57,290 nucleotides of DNA, taken from the NCBI GenBank assembly GCA_012838175.1, contig DUPU01000107.1:1-57290 (forward strand). Reading direction: 5' to 3'. The translations under genes and the position numbers were made by a program. Below the pieces are notes generated by a model, which worked only from the letters and a program-made list of their open reading frames with translations, did no database searches and was not told the origin of the DNA. The DNA comes from Clostridia bacterium (lineage in GTDB: Bacteria; Bacillota; Dehalobacteriia; Dehalobacteriales; Dehalobacteriaceae). This document shows positions 8,704 through 19,509 of this stretch, piece by piece (positions within the stretch are counted from its first letter, which is position 1; every line of letters begins with the position of its first letter).

Positions 8704-10104
8704 TTACCCCTTAAAGCTTCTGATATTCTTTGTTCCGTCAAAACTGAAAATAACCGACCGGCCTTCCAGAATTGTTTCCAGGTGAACTGTTTTTCCCCAA
8801 AGATTGTAAACATGAGGAAGGGTCTTTTCTAAATAAAAGGTATCCAGGTCCACTCCTTCATGACAATGACGTATAAAAAGATGCCCGCTCTTTTTATAGT
8901 CCCCGTCTTCCACCAGAAGGTAAGGATGACCTCCGTTAACTAAATTAGCCACAATACCGTCCCGCACCGTTTCCCACTCCGTATCAGTAACTTTCCACTG
9001 TTGGCCTTGTTTTTTGTATAAATAAAGGTCCAATTCCCGGACTAAATCCCGGGTTAAATAATTTCTTAGAAAAGAGATATCATTTTCCGTTTCTCTGACC
9101 TCAAAAATTTTGGCCAAGCCCTCCCCTCCCGGACGGCAAAATTTTTCCCGCTCCTCCGGAGGCGGATTTTCCCAGCGCTTTTCAATGTCTTCGAATATTT
9201 TCATTCCTAACAAATAAGGATTCAACCCGGTCCGGCTGGTGTGCAAAATCCCGGCATGAAGGCGGGCAAACTCCAAAGCCTCATCTTCATTTAAATCCAT
9301 ATCCCGAAGAATTCTGGCATGCCAAAGAGCGGCCCAGCCTTCATTCATAATCTTGGTTTCCACTTGGGGCCAAAAATAATACATCTCATCCCGCACCATG
9401 GCGAGAACCTCTCTCTGCCAGTCCTTTAAACAATGACTGTGGTTCATAATAAAACCTATCAAATCTTTTTCCGGACTGGGAGGAAATTTCTCCGCTTCTG
9501 CTATTTCCTCCTCTTCCCGGCCGTTATTACCTATGGACCAAATATCATCATAGGGAGTTTCCGGTTTAACACTTTTCCTCCCTTTCTCCTGCTGTCCTTT
9601 CTTATTTAGCCGGTGGAAATCGATATGTTCCTGAATGGCCAAAGCCCCGTCCAGGGTTTTTTCCACTTCCTCCTGACCGTACAAAAATTCATATTCTCTG
9701 ATACGGGCCGCATTAACGGACATAGTTTCTATCATATCCCGATTGGTCCTTTTAAACCAAATATTGTTCTTAAAAAAATCACAATGGGCATAAACATGGG
9801 CGATGACCAGCTTATTTTGCAAAAGGGAATTTCCCTCCAAAAGAAAGGCATAACAAGGATTGGAGTTGATTACTAATTCGTAAATCCGGCTTAAATTAAA
9901 ATCATACATGGTTTTCAGGCGAAAATATTGTTTTCCGAAGCTCCAGTGGGTAAAACGGGTGGGCATACCATAAGCCCCAATTGTATAGAGTACATCCGCC
10001 GGGCAAAGCTCAAATCGCATGGAAAAAAAGTCCAATCCAAATTTCTTGGCCCTTTTGGATATTTCATCAATAGCTTTTTCCAGTTCAAATAGTTCCCTGT
10101 CCAC
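8704..10104 (-). CDS. spoVR: Stage V sporulation protein R (SpoVR family)
   Basis: 466 aa. Full-length SpoVR-like sequence (YAMPTRFTHWSFGK, HVYAHCDFFKNN). Third gene of the prkA-yhbH-spoVR operon. Confidence 0.9.
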   Translation of the reverse strand: MDRELFELEKAIDEISKRAKKFGLDFFSMRFELCPADVLYTIGAYGMPTRFTHWSFGKQYFRLKTMYDFNLSRIYELVINSNPCYAFLLEGNSLLQNKLVIAHVYAHCDFFKNNIWFKRTNRDMIETMSVNAARIREYEFLYGQEEVEKTLDGALAIQEHIDFHRLNKKGQQEKGRKSVKPETPYDDIWSIGNNGREEEEIAEAEKFPPSPEKDLIGFIMNHSHCLKDWQREVLAMVRDEMYYFWPQVETKIMNEGWAALWHARILRDMDLNEDEALEFARLHAGILHTSRTGLNPYLLGMKIFEDIEKRWENPPPEEREKFCRPGGEGLAKIFEVRETENDISFLRNYLTRDLVRELDLYLYKKQGQQWKVTDTEWETVRDGIVANLVNGGHPYLLVEDGDYKKSGHLFIRHCHEGVDLDTFYLEKTLPHVYNLWGKTVHLETILEGRSVIFSFDGTKNIRSFKG

Positions 10105-11254
10105 CGGAATCCCCTTTCTGGGAAAAAAATTTTTTCAATGCCGGATATATTTCCTTTTTGCTTTTTATCGTTACCGTGGTCAAATTATCCCTTTTAATCC
10201 TCTCAAAAACAGAAATAAGGGTGCTGTTACGATAATATGGGCTGGTAATTTCTCCATACCCGAAAAGATTGCACAAAGGGAGGATTTGGTTAATCAATTC
10301 AAAACATGTATCATTGTCCGAAGGAAGATTATCCCCGTCGGAAAAATGAAAAGGGTAAATATTGTAGCGTGCCGGATTATATCTTTGTCGAATAATTTCC
10401 AGAGCCAATTGGTAAACAGAAGAGCATTTGGTCCCCCCGCTCTCCCCTTTGGTAAAGAATTCTTCTTCGGAAACCTCCTTGGCTTGGGTATGGTGCGCCA
10501 GAAACACAATTTCCACATGTTGGTATTTGGTACGCAAAAATTTTACCATCCAGAAAAAAAACGTCCGGGCAATATACTTTTCATAATTGCCCATACTGCC
10601 GGAGGTATCCATCATCGCTATTACCACGGCATTGGACTCCGCCCGATACACAGTTTCCCAGGTTTTGAACCTGAGGTCTTCTCTGGCAATATTGTATTTA
10701 TCTGAACCCTTCCGGGCGTTGCGCTTTATGGCTTCCAAAATTGTCCGCTTCTTATCAATATTACTGTAAATGCCGGCCTTGCGCACATCGGTAAATCGGG
10801 TGGAAACAGCCTGAAGATTCTCTTTTTTCTTTTCTTTTAAATTAGGCAGAACTAAATCCGCAAAAACGATCTCCGCCAATTCATCGAAACTCACGTCCGC
10901 TTCATAATAATCAACCCCCGGTGCATCACCGGCTCCCGGACCTCCCTTACCGTCATGATCTCTTTCCGTATGGATCACATCTCCGGGCCGGCTTCCGCCC
11001 TCACCCTGTCCCCCATGCTTTTGCTTATTATAGTTAAAACGAAAACGATACTCATCCAAGGTCCTGATGGGAAGCTTGGTAATTTTTTTCCCATCGGACA
11101 TAATGACGCTTTCCTCGCTGATAATGTCGGAAAGATTATTCTTAATCGCCTCCCGCACTTTTTCATTATGTCTCTGCTGGTCCAGTTCCCCCTTCCGGTG
11201 CAGTGTCCAATTATCCCGGGAAATAATTGATTTATCCGTCATTTTCCTTACCAC
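10085..11254 (-). CDS. yhbH: YhbH/YeaH family sporulation protein (DUF444, vWA-like)
   Basis: 389 aa. DUF444-like sequence with a vWA MIDAS-like MMDTSGSM motif. Lies between prkA and spoVR and overlaps spoVR by 20 nt. Confidence 0.85.
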   Translation of the reverse strand: MVRKMTDKSIISRDNWTLHRKGELDQQRHNEKVREAIKNNLSDIISEESVIMSDGKKITKLPIRTLDEYRFRFNYNKQKHGGQGEGGSRPGDVIHTERDHDGKGGPGAGDAPGVDYYEADVSFDELAEIVFADLVLPNLKEKKKENLQAVSTRFTDVRKAGIYSNIDKKRTILEAIKRNARKGSDKYNIAREDLRFKTWETVYRAESNAVVIAMMDTSGSMGNYEKYIARTFFFWMVKFLRTKYQHVEIVFLAHHTQAKEVSEEEFFTKGESGGTKCSSVYQLALEIIRQRYNPARYNIYPFHFSDGDNLPSDNDTCFELINQILPLCNLFGYGEITSPYYRNSTLISVFERIKRDNLTTVTIKSKKEIYPALKKFFSQKGDSGGQGTI

Positions 11255-11256
11255 CC

Positions 11257-13152
11257 TTAACGGTTTAAGAGGCTGCCGATATATTTCAAGGTTTCATTAG
11301 CGCAAACCGGGCAATACCCATGATGATTGATTAACCGGGCTACAACATCATTAATCCTTTTTAATTGTTCCGGATCCGGGTTTTTAGTGGAGGTAGTAAT
11401 CTTCACTATGTCTTTTAAATCGGCGAACAGCTTTTTCTCAATGGCTTCTTTAAGTCGTTCATGGGAGTTATAATCAAATCTTTTCTCTCTCCGGGCATAA
11501 CTGGATAGGCGAATAAGTATTTCTTCCCGAAAAGTTTTCTTAGCACTATCCGAAACACCGATCTGTTCCTCTATGGAACGCATCAGTCTTTCATCGGGAT
11601 TCATTTCTTCATCGGTAATAGGGTCTTTTACCTTAATTCCGTTACAATAAGCTTCCACATTATCCAAATAGTTTTCAAAAAGAGCCCGGGCAGACTCCTC
11701 ATAAGAATAGACAAAAGCCCTTTGTACCTCTTTTTTGGCAAAATCATCAAATTCCTGCCGCGCCGCAGCCAGGAAGTTAATTAACTTTTCTTTCTCCTCT
11801 TTAGTAATGGAGGGATGCTGATCCATTCCTTCTTTCAAAGACCTTAAAATATCCAAGGCATTGATACATTTGGAATCGGAATTAATTAAGGCACTGGAAA
11901 TCCGGTTAATGACATACCGGGGGTCTACCCCACTCATCCCTTCTCCTTCATTTTCTCCTTGCAGTTCTTTCAAATCTTTTTGTTTAAAGCCCTCTACATC
12001 CTCCCCGTCATATAGTTTCATTTTCTTCAGCAAATCTACGCCCTGTTTTTTTGATTCCTTTAATCGGGAGAGCACGGAAAAAATCGCTGCCGCCCTGAGA
12101 GCAAAGGGAGCAATATGCACATCCTTTATATCACTGTGACTAATTAGTTTTTCATAGATTTTAACCTCATCACTCACCCGCAGATTATAGGGAATGGGCA
12201 TTACTAAAATCCGGGAATGAAGTGCTTCATTCTTTTTATTGCTGATAAAGGACCGGTATTCCGCCTCATTCGAGTGAGCGATTACCATTTCGTCAGCTGA
12301 AATAAGGGCAAATCTCCCCGCCTTAAAATTACCTTCCTGAGAAAGGCTTAAAAGATGATAAAGAAATTTCTCATCACACTTCAGCATTTCCTGAAACTCC
12401 ATCAGTCCCCGGTTAGATTTATTCAATTCCCCGTCAAATCGATAAGCCCGAGGATCCGATTCCGAGCCATACTCGGTAATGGTGGAAAAGTCAATGCTGC
12501 CGGTAAGATCTGCAATATCTTGGGATTTGGGATCAGAGGGACTGAAGGTGCCGATTCCTACCCGGTTTTCTTCGGAAAAAACAACCCTTTCCACTTCCAC
12601 CTCTTCCACCCGGCCTCGGTACTTTTCCTGGACCATCAGACGGCAGGAAGGGCACAGGTTCCCTTCAATCCTGATATCCAGTTCTTTCTCAAAATCTTTC
12701 CTTAAGGGTTCCGGTATTAAATGCATGGGTTCTTCATGCATGGGACAGTTTTTAATGGCGTAAACCGCTCCTTCTTCTGTTCGGGTATACTCTTCCAATC
12801 CTCTTTTTAACATGGTAACAATGGTGGATTTTCCCCCGCTTACCGGTCCCATTAGCAGAAGAATTCTTTTTCTAACATCCAAACGACAAGCTGCTGAGTG
12901 AAAGTATTCCTCTACCAAACGCTCTAAAACTTCATCTAATCCAAATATTTCACGGGAAAAAAAATGATAACGTTTCCCCAAAGAAGTCTCCTCTACACCG
13001 GCTTTGACAATCATATCATATATTCGAGAATGGGCTGTTTTTACTATTTTGGGGTTCTTTTTTACCAGTTCAAGATAGTCGCGGAACGTGCCCTGCCAAA
13101 TTAACTTTTCCTGTTGGCACCGGTATTCCTCTAAAGACTTGAAAAAATCCAA
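11257..13152 (-). CDS. prkA: PrkA serine protein kinase (AAA+/Lon-like)
   Basis: 631 aa. Walker A GPVSGGKST. Characteristic PrkA N- and C-terminal regions. Confidence 0.92.
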   Translation of the reverse strand: MDFFKSLEEYRCQQEKLIWQGTFRDYLELVKKNPKIVKTAHSRIYDMIVKAGVEETSLGKRYHFFSREIFGLDEVLERLVEEYFHSAACRLDVRKRILLLMGPVSGGKSTIVTMLKRGLEEYTRTEEGAVYAIKNCPMHEEPMHLIPEPLRKDFEKELDIRIEGNLCPSCRLMVQEKYRGRVEEVEVERVVFSEENRVGIGTFSPSDPKSQDIADLTGSIDFSTITEYGSESDPRAYRFDGELNKSNRGLMEFQEMLKCDEKFLYHLLSLSQEGNFKAGRFALISADEMVIAHSNEAEYRSFISNKKNEALHSRILVMPIPYNLRVSDEVKIYEKLISHSDIKDVHIAPFALRAAAIFSVLSRLKESKKQGVDLLKKMKLYDGEDVEGFKQKDLKELQGENEGEGMSGVDPRYVINRISSALINSDSKCINALDILRSLKEGMDQHPSITKEEKEKLINFLAAARQEFDDFAKKEVQRAFVYSYEESARALFENYLDNVEAYCNGIKVKDPITDEEMNPDERLMRSIEEQIGVSDSAKKTFREEILIRLSSYARREKRFDYNSHERLKEAIEKKLFADLKDIVKITTSTKNPDPEQLKRINDVVARLINHHGYCPVCANETLKYIGSLLNR

Positions 13153-13390
13153 TTTCCATCCCCCCTGTTTCCATTCATCTACTTATCCTTTTGTCTTACC
13201 TCTGCGCTTTCTCTAAAAAATTACCTGCCTTTATATTATCTGCCTTTATTGCCCTTAGCTTCAGCTGCAAGTTGTTATTTATATTTATATGGTGAATGTG
13301 CCCTAAAAAGAAGTAAGTATAATATTTGAAATATTGGGCAAAGATGTTAATAATGACGGGACAGATTAACCTTAAAAGGGAGGTGAACTG

Positions 13391-13549
13391 ATGCCCTACA
13401 TCTGCCCTAGCTGCAAGAAAACTAAGAAATTGCCGGACTATTGCTGCGGCACATCCATGATTCCTGTAGGATCATACTATTGCTCCACCTGCGGAAATTC
13501 CTCTCCCAGTCTTTCTGATTGCTGTGGGAATACCATGGAAAAATTATAA
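13391..13549 (+). CDS. Small cysteine-rich protein (52 aa), tandem desulforedoxin-like CxxC-x9-CCGxxM repeats
   Basis: Missing from the ORF track because it is under 60 aa. Strong RBS GGGAGGTG 5 nt before the ATG. Translation: MPYICPSCKKTKKLPDYCCGTSMIPVGSYYCSTCGNSSPSLSDCCGNTMEKL. A hairpin follows at about 13576-13620. Confidence 0.6.
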   Translation: MPYICPSCKKTKKLPDYCCGTSMIPVGSYYCSTCGNSSPSLSDCCGNTMEKL

Positions 13550-13782
13550 GCTTGAAAAAACTGACGACATAATTAAAAAGGAGTGACCGAAAAATTCTCT
13601 TTCCGGGCCACTCCTTTTTAACTAATGCTTCAATATTCTTATACTTTTTTTCTTTTTTTAAAGCTTTCCTCCCCGCAAAAACCTTCATCCAGCATTAATT
13701 AATACCTCTTTATGTATAACTTTGTTATTTATTGGTAACTATATGCATAAATATTATAAGAAATATCCTGTGGAGGGGTAGT

Positions 13783-13944
13783 ATGAGCGCGAAAGCATTA
13801 TTGCAAACATATATTATACAAGGTAAAGAGTACAAAAAAATGTTGGAAAAAGTAAATTACAATGGCTGTCATACAGCCAAAATTAAAGCTATCGATAAAA
13901 AACTAAAAATAGCTGCCAAGACTTTAAAACAGATCAAAAAATAA
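13783..13944 (+). CDS. Small lysine-rich hypothetical protein (53 aa)
   Basis: The ATG at 13783 is preceded by GGAGGGG. Sequence MSAKALLQTYIIQGKEYKK... A hairpin GAAGGATGAC-N9-GTCATCCTTC plus T-run follows. The longer track start (13732) lacks an RBS. Confidence 0.45.
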   Translation: MSAKALLQTYIIQGKEYKKMLEKVNYNGCHTAKIKAIDKKLKIAAKTLKQIKK

Positions 13945-14171
13945 CATACCCATGGTGAAGGATGACTTAATTTTTGTCATCCTTCAGTTTTTCTTCAATA
14001 TGCTTATTAGCTACCCCGTCATTATCCATGGTCAATGCAATGCTTTTATTCATTCTCTTTTCTTTCAGGGAATCTAAGATTTAACCTCTGTCCCGGCGGA
14101 CTGTTAAAAAGATTAATATTTACCGTTATGGGAAACACTGATATAAGAAAATTTTTAAAGGAGGACAGGGA

Positions 14172-14534
14172 ATGGATACCATAGAAAGCAATTTAAAATA
14201 CTTTACCGAAAAACACAAGGAAATATACGACGCCTACGAAAACTACGGAAAAATGATACACTATAAAGGAGGCCCCTTAGATGAAAAAACCAGATGGCTG
14301 ATTAAAGTGGCTTTGTCAACCGCATCTCAATATCCTTACGCCTTAAGGACACATATAATTAAAGCCATTAAAAGCGGATGTACCCGGGAGGAAATTGAAC
14401 ATACCATCTTGCTGGCCGCTCCCACAACCGGCTTTCCCAAAACCATGGAGGGTATTTTAATTCTGAGGGAAGAAATGGGAGAAACAGAAAGTACCAATCC
14501 CAACATCGTAACCTCCCGTTCCATGAAAAACTAA
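14172..14534 (+). CDS. Carboxymuconolactone decarboxylase (CMD/AhpD-like) family protein
   Basis: 120 aa. Preceded by AAGGAGG. CMD-like helical sequence (ALSTASQYPYALRTHIIKAIKSGCTREEIEH). Confidence 0.7.
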   Translation: MDTIESNLKYFTEKHKEIYDAYENYGKMIHYKGGPLDEKTRWLIKVALSTASQYPYALRTHIIKAIKSGCTREEIEHTILLAAPTTGFPKTMEGILILREEMGETESTNPNIVTSRSMKN

Positions 14535-14597
14535 TCATAAAGCAATAAAAGACCCAGGTTCAAAATTACCCTGGGTCATTGGTTTTCATAAATAGTT

Positions 14598-15725
14598 TTA
14601 ACCAGGTGAAGAAGTCTTTATTTCATTTTCAAAATAAATACTGGTACTGGGTAAAGCAAATGAAACCCCTTCTTTTTCAAGAATACTCATAATTTTTAGA
14701 TTTGTGTCTTCCTTTACCCGGAGAAATTCTCCCCAATTAGTGGTACGTGTAAAGAAATATAAAAAAATATTCAAGCTGCTCTCTCCGAAGGAATCAAAAT
14801 TCACAAATATAGTTTCCGGATGTATCTCTGGATGATTAACCAGCATTTCTTTTATTTCCCGAATACATTTTTCCAATTTTTCTCTGGGAGTGTTATAGGT
14901 AACACCCAAGTTAAAGGTAATACGTCTTTTACCCATGCGGCTCCAGTTGGTAATAGGCTCATTTGCCAAGGTAGAATTAGGCATGGTCACCACAGCCTGG
15001 GCAAAGGTTCGAATTTTGGTGCTGCGAAAGTTAATATCTTCCACGGTACCTTCTACACTGGGTGTTAATATCCAATCTCCGATAGAAAAAGGTTTGTCCG
15101 TAATAATTACAATGCCGCCGAACAAATTAGCCAAAGTTTGCTGGGCAGCCAGGGCAAAGGCCAATCCCCCTAAACCCAGTCCGGCAATAAATCCGTTAAT
15201 GTCATAATCCCATTCCTGAAGAATTACAATTAAGGCCAGTACAATAATGACAAATTTTACTACCTTGGTTAAAAAAGGGATCAGAATTTCATCCAGTTTA
15301 ACACCTACCAGGCTGGGCATTTCTTCGGCAAATACATTATAATTACTTGCCAACCTAAAGAACCCCAAAGCAGTAAGGCCGACTAACCCGGTACGAAAAA
15401 TCCTGGTAATGAGAAGGTTGACTTCTCCACTCAAAGGAAGATACATGAAAGCCAAATACAGCCCTAAAATGATGAATAACCATTTAAAAGGTTCTTCAAA
15501 AGATTTCACCAGGCAGTTATCCAGATTTGTTTTCGTGTTTTTGGCCAATCTCAGGAAGATGGCAAATATTCTCCGGGTAAAAAAATTCCTTAACAGTAAA
15601 AAGAAAAAGAAAATACCCAGGGCTGCTCCAATTCTAATTAGCCATGGAATTAGTGTTTCGTTTGAAAAAGGAAGATAATTTGAAGCATTAAAAAACACAT
15701 CCACATATTCCGGCAAACTCATCAC
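14598..15725 (-). CDS. Mechanosensitive ion channel (MscS family)
   Basis: 375 aa. Several TM helices followed by a conserved MscS beta domain (GGIVIITDKPFSIGDWI). Confidence 0.85.
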   Translation of the reverse strand: MMSLPEYVDVFFNASNYLPFSNETLIPWLIRIGAALGIFFFFLLLRNFFTRRIFAIFLRLAKNTKTNLDNCLVKSFEEPFKWLFIILGLYLAFMYLPLSGEVNLLITRIFRTGLVGLTALGFFRLASNYNVFAEEMPSLVGVKLDEILIPFLTKVVKFVIIVLALIVILQEWDYDINGFIAGLGLGGLAFALAAQQTLANLFGGIVIITDKPFSIGDWILTPSVEGTVEDINFRSTKIRTFAQAVVTMPNSTLANEPITNWSRMGKRRITFNLGVTYNTPREKLEKCIREIKEMLVNHPEIHPETIFVNFDSFGESSLNIFLYFFTRTTNWGEFLRVKEDTNLKIMSILEKEGVSFALPSTSIYFENEIKTSSPG

Positions 15726-15756
15726 CTCTCCCCTTGCTTTAATTATGCATCCCGGT

Positions 15757-15783
15757 GTGTCAAAGAACCGTCCCCTGTCACGC
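15757..15783. repeat. Copy of short palindromic intergenic repeat GTGTCAAAGAACCGTCCCCTG(T/A)CACGC
   Basis: Nearly identical to 29014-29040 and to the inverted copy at 28967-28991. Lies directly after the hpt stop codon. Confidence 0.8.
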
Positions 15784-15785
15784 TG

Positions 15786-16325
15786 TTAGGTGTACATTTC
15801 CGGTTTTAAAACGGCCACATAAGGAAGGTTCCGGTAGTGTTCTCCATAATCCAGTCCATACCCTACCACAAATTCATCCGGAATATCATATCCGTTATAA
15901 TCTGCCTGCAAGTTCACCTTGCGGCGGGAAGGTTTGTTTAAGAAAGTACATACCTTAATACTGCCTGGCTTTCTCGCTCTTAAGATATCCAGCAAATAGC
16001 TTAAGGTTAAGCCCGTATCAATTATGTCTTCTACAATCAGGATGTTCTGACCCTCAACATTTCTTTCCAGGTCTTTCAAAATTCGCACGGCTCCTGAAGA
16101 TTCCGTGGTCTTTCCGCCATAGCTGGACACCTCCATAAAGTCAATCTGCAATGGCAGCTTAATCTCCCGAATTAAGTCACCCATAAAAACCACTGAACCT
16201 TTCAATATTCCCACTACCAGCAGCTCTTGACCTTGGTAGTCCCTGGTAATGATTTCTCCCAATTCTCTTACTTTTATTCTAATTTCTTCTTCTGCAATCA
16301 GTACTTTTTGTAAATCCCTTTCCAA
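15786..16325 (-). CDS. hpt: Hypoxanthine phosphoribosyltransferase
   Basis: 179 aa. PRPP-binding motif [14 protein letters not shown]. Typical HPRT length. Confidence 0.92.
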   Translation of the reverse strand: MERDLQKVLIAEEEIRIKVRELGEIITRDYQGQELLVVGILKGSVVFMGDLIREIKLPLQIDFMEVSSYGGKTTESSGAVRILKDLERNVEGQNILIVEDIIDTGLTLSYLLDILRARKPGSIKVCTFLNKPSRRKVNLQADYNGYDIPDEFVVGYGLDYGEHYRNLPYVAVLKPEMYT

Positions 16326-16489
16326 TGTGCAGCCTCCCTACAATGTTTTGAATAACTATGTAAATAAGTAAAGTTCTGTCATAATAGTTTAAATTCCTGC
16401 CCCAAAAGAAAATTTATCTTACTTAAGACATATTATTATAATTTCCTTAGTAAATATATGTAAAAGCATGGGCAAAGGGAGGAAAAACT

Positions 16490-17203
16490 ATGCCTAAAAT
16501 TAACATTCCATGGAAAAAGTATTTTCGGCTAAGGTATGTTTTAATACTGGTTTTAATCATCATCCTTGCATATATGGCTTATGTCTACATTGAAGAAAAC
16601 ACCCGCATCGTTCCGGAAGAGCTGCTGAATACCGCCATAAACAATACTTTAGCAGCTGAGTCTTACCAGTTTCATACCCGATCCACTATTACCGTTGAAG
16701 GAGAAGATAAGGTTTTCAGTGATATCAGCGGGGAAAGAGCTGATGCCCAAACCTTTCATGTAGTTGGTTCTATGCTGGGAACGGAAATAAATGTCTACCA
16801 AATTAAGGACACTACATACCGTTTGGATGCCGTTACCGGCAAGTGGATTGTTACGGAAGACAATTCCCTCCTCCGGGAATCCTTGCTGATGGCGGAATTA
16901 AACCCCCTGTCCAATTTTTATTTTAAAGAATTAATATCTACCGATTATTTGGGCAAAGAAAAAGTATTCGGAAAAAAAATGTATAAGGTTGAATGTATTC
17001 CGAAAATAAATAACAAATGGTTGGATGATTATTTTAAAGACCTGAAATATATCATTTGGATAGACAGAAAAGACAAAGTAATCCGGAAAGCAACGGTAAC
17101 TGCCCTCTCCAAGGAAAAAGAATCCAGCAGCCTTACAGTGGAAGTGGAATTAAAGAATTTTAACAAAGAATTCCATATTCAGCCCCCGGTAGTACAAAAT
17201 TAA
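16490..17203 (+). CDS. Membrane-anchored hypothetical protein (LolA-like/lipoprotein-sorting fold suspected)
   Basis: 237 aa. N-terminal TM helix, RBS GGGAGG. No motif that I recognise with certainty. Confidence 0.5.
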   Translation: MPKINIPWKKYFRLRYVLILVLIIILAYMAYVYIEENTRIVPEELLNTAINNTLAAESYQFHTRSTITVEGEDKVFSDISGERADAQTFHVVGSMLGTEINVYQIKDTTYRLDAVTGKWIVTEDNSLLRESLLMAELNPLSNFYFKELISTDYLGKEKVFGKKMYKVECIPKINNKWLDDYFKDLKYIIWIDRKDKVIRKATVTALSKEKESSSLTVEVELKNFNKEFHIQPPVVQN

Positions 17204-17237
17204 ATGCGACAGGTAAACTACCCTGTCGCATTTTTTT
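17202..17237. terminator. Bidirectional terminator shared with groEL
   Basis: AAATGCGACAGG-N8-CCTGTCGCATTTTTTT. Confidence 0.7.
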
Positions 17238-17256
17238 GCTTTCTTACATTACCTTT

Positions 17257-18906
<1,650 letters not shown>

Positions 18907-19200
18907 TTACTTTTCAATTATGGCCAAGATATCTCTGTCACCGTTTAGAATCAAGTATTCTTCTCCGTCCATTTTAACTTCGGAGCCGGAATACTTGGAA
19001 TAAATCACCCGGTCACCAACTTTAACTTCCAAAGCAGCCCGCTCTCCGTTTTCTAAAACTCTCCCAGGGCCAACTGCCACTACCTCACCTTCCTGCGGTT
19101 TCTCTTTGGCAGTATCCGGCAACACAATGCCGCTCTTGGTTTTTTCTTCAGAAGCCAACACCTTGATGACTACTCGATCTCCCAACGGTTTAATGTTCAT
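18907..19200 (-). CDS. groS: Co-chaperonin GroES
   Basis: 97 aa. [13 protein letters not shown]... Confidence 0.98.
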   Translation of the reverse strand: MNIKPLGDRVVIKVLASEEKTKSGIVLPDTAKEKPQEGEVVAVGPGRVLENGERAALEVKVGDRVIYSKYSGSEVKMDGEEYLILNGDRDILAIIEK

Positions 19201-19247
19201 TACGATACCTCCTTCATTTAATATAAAACATTAATTAGCCTATATTG

Positions 19248-19274
19248 TTAGCACTCACTTTAAATGAGTGCTAA
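19248..19274. promoter_or_regulatory. CIRCE operator (HrcA binding site)
   Basis: Perfect TTAGCACTC-N9-GAGTGCTAA inverted repeat upstream of groES. Confidence 0.95.
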
Positions 19275-19475
19275 TACATTATTTATAATAATAAAGAGAA
19301 GTACTAAACCGCAACCCCTCAGTAACTTGATTATAAAGGATATTGGCCCGGCATCGGGATATTATCTCTCATATACTTAATTTTTCTCGTGATTTCAACT
19401 AATATCTCAATAATTGGCCATCCGGTAAAATACTTCCTTAGAAAGTTATTTCCATGAAGGTACCATTTTATGCAT

Positions 19476-19509
19476 AAAAAAGAAAAATTCCTCAAAAAGA
19501 GGAATCTTT
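19476..19509 (-). terminator. Rho-independent terminator after moaA
   Basis: The minus strand reads GATTCCTC-TTTTT-GAGGAATTTTTCTTTTTT. Confidence 0.6.

Noticed and set aside
13422-13688. 88-aa minus-strand ORF
   Set aside because: It is antisense to the RBS-equipped Cys-rich small ORF and spans that ORF's terminator hairpin. It has no RBS and no recognisable motif, so it is likely a shadow ORF.
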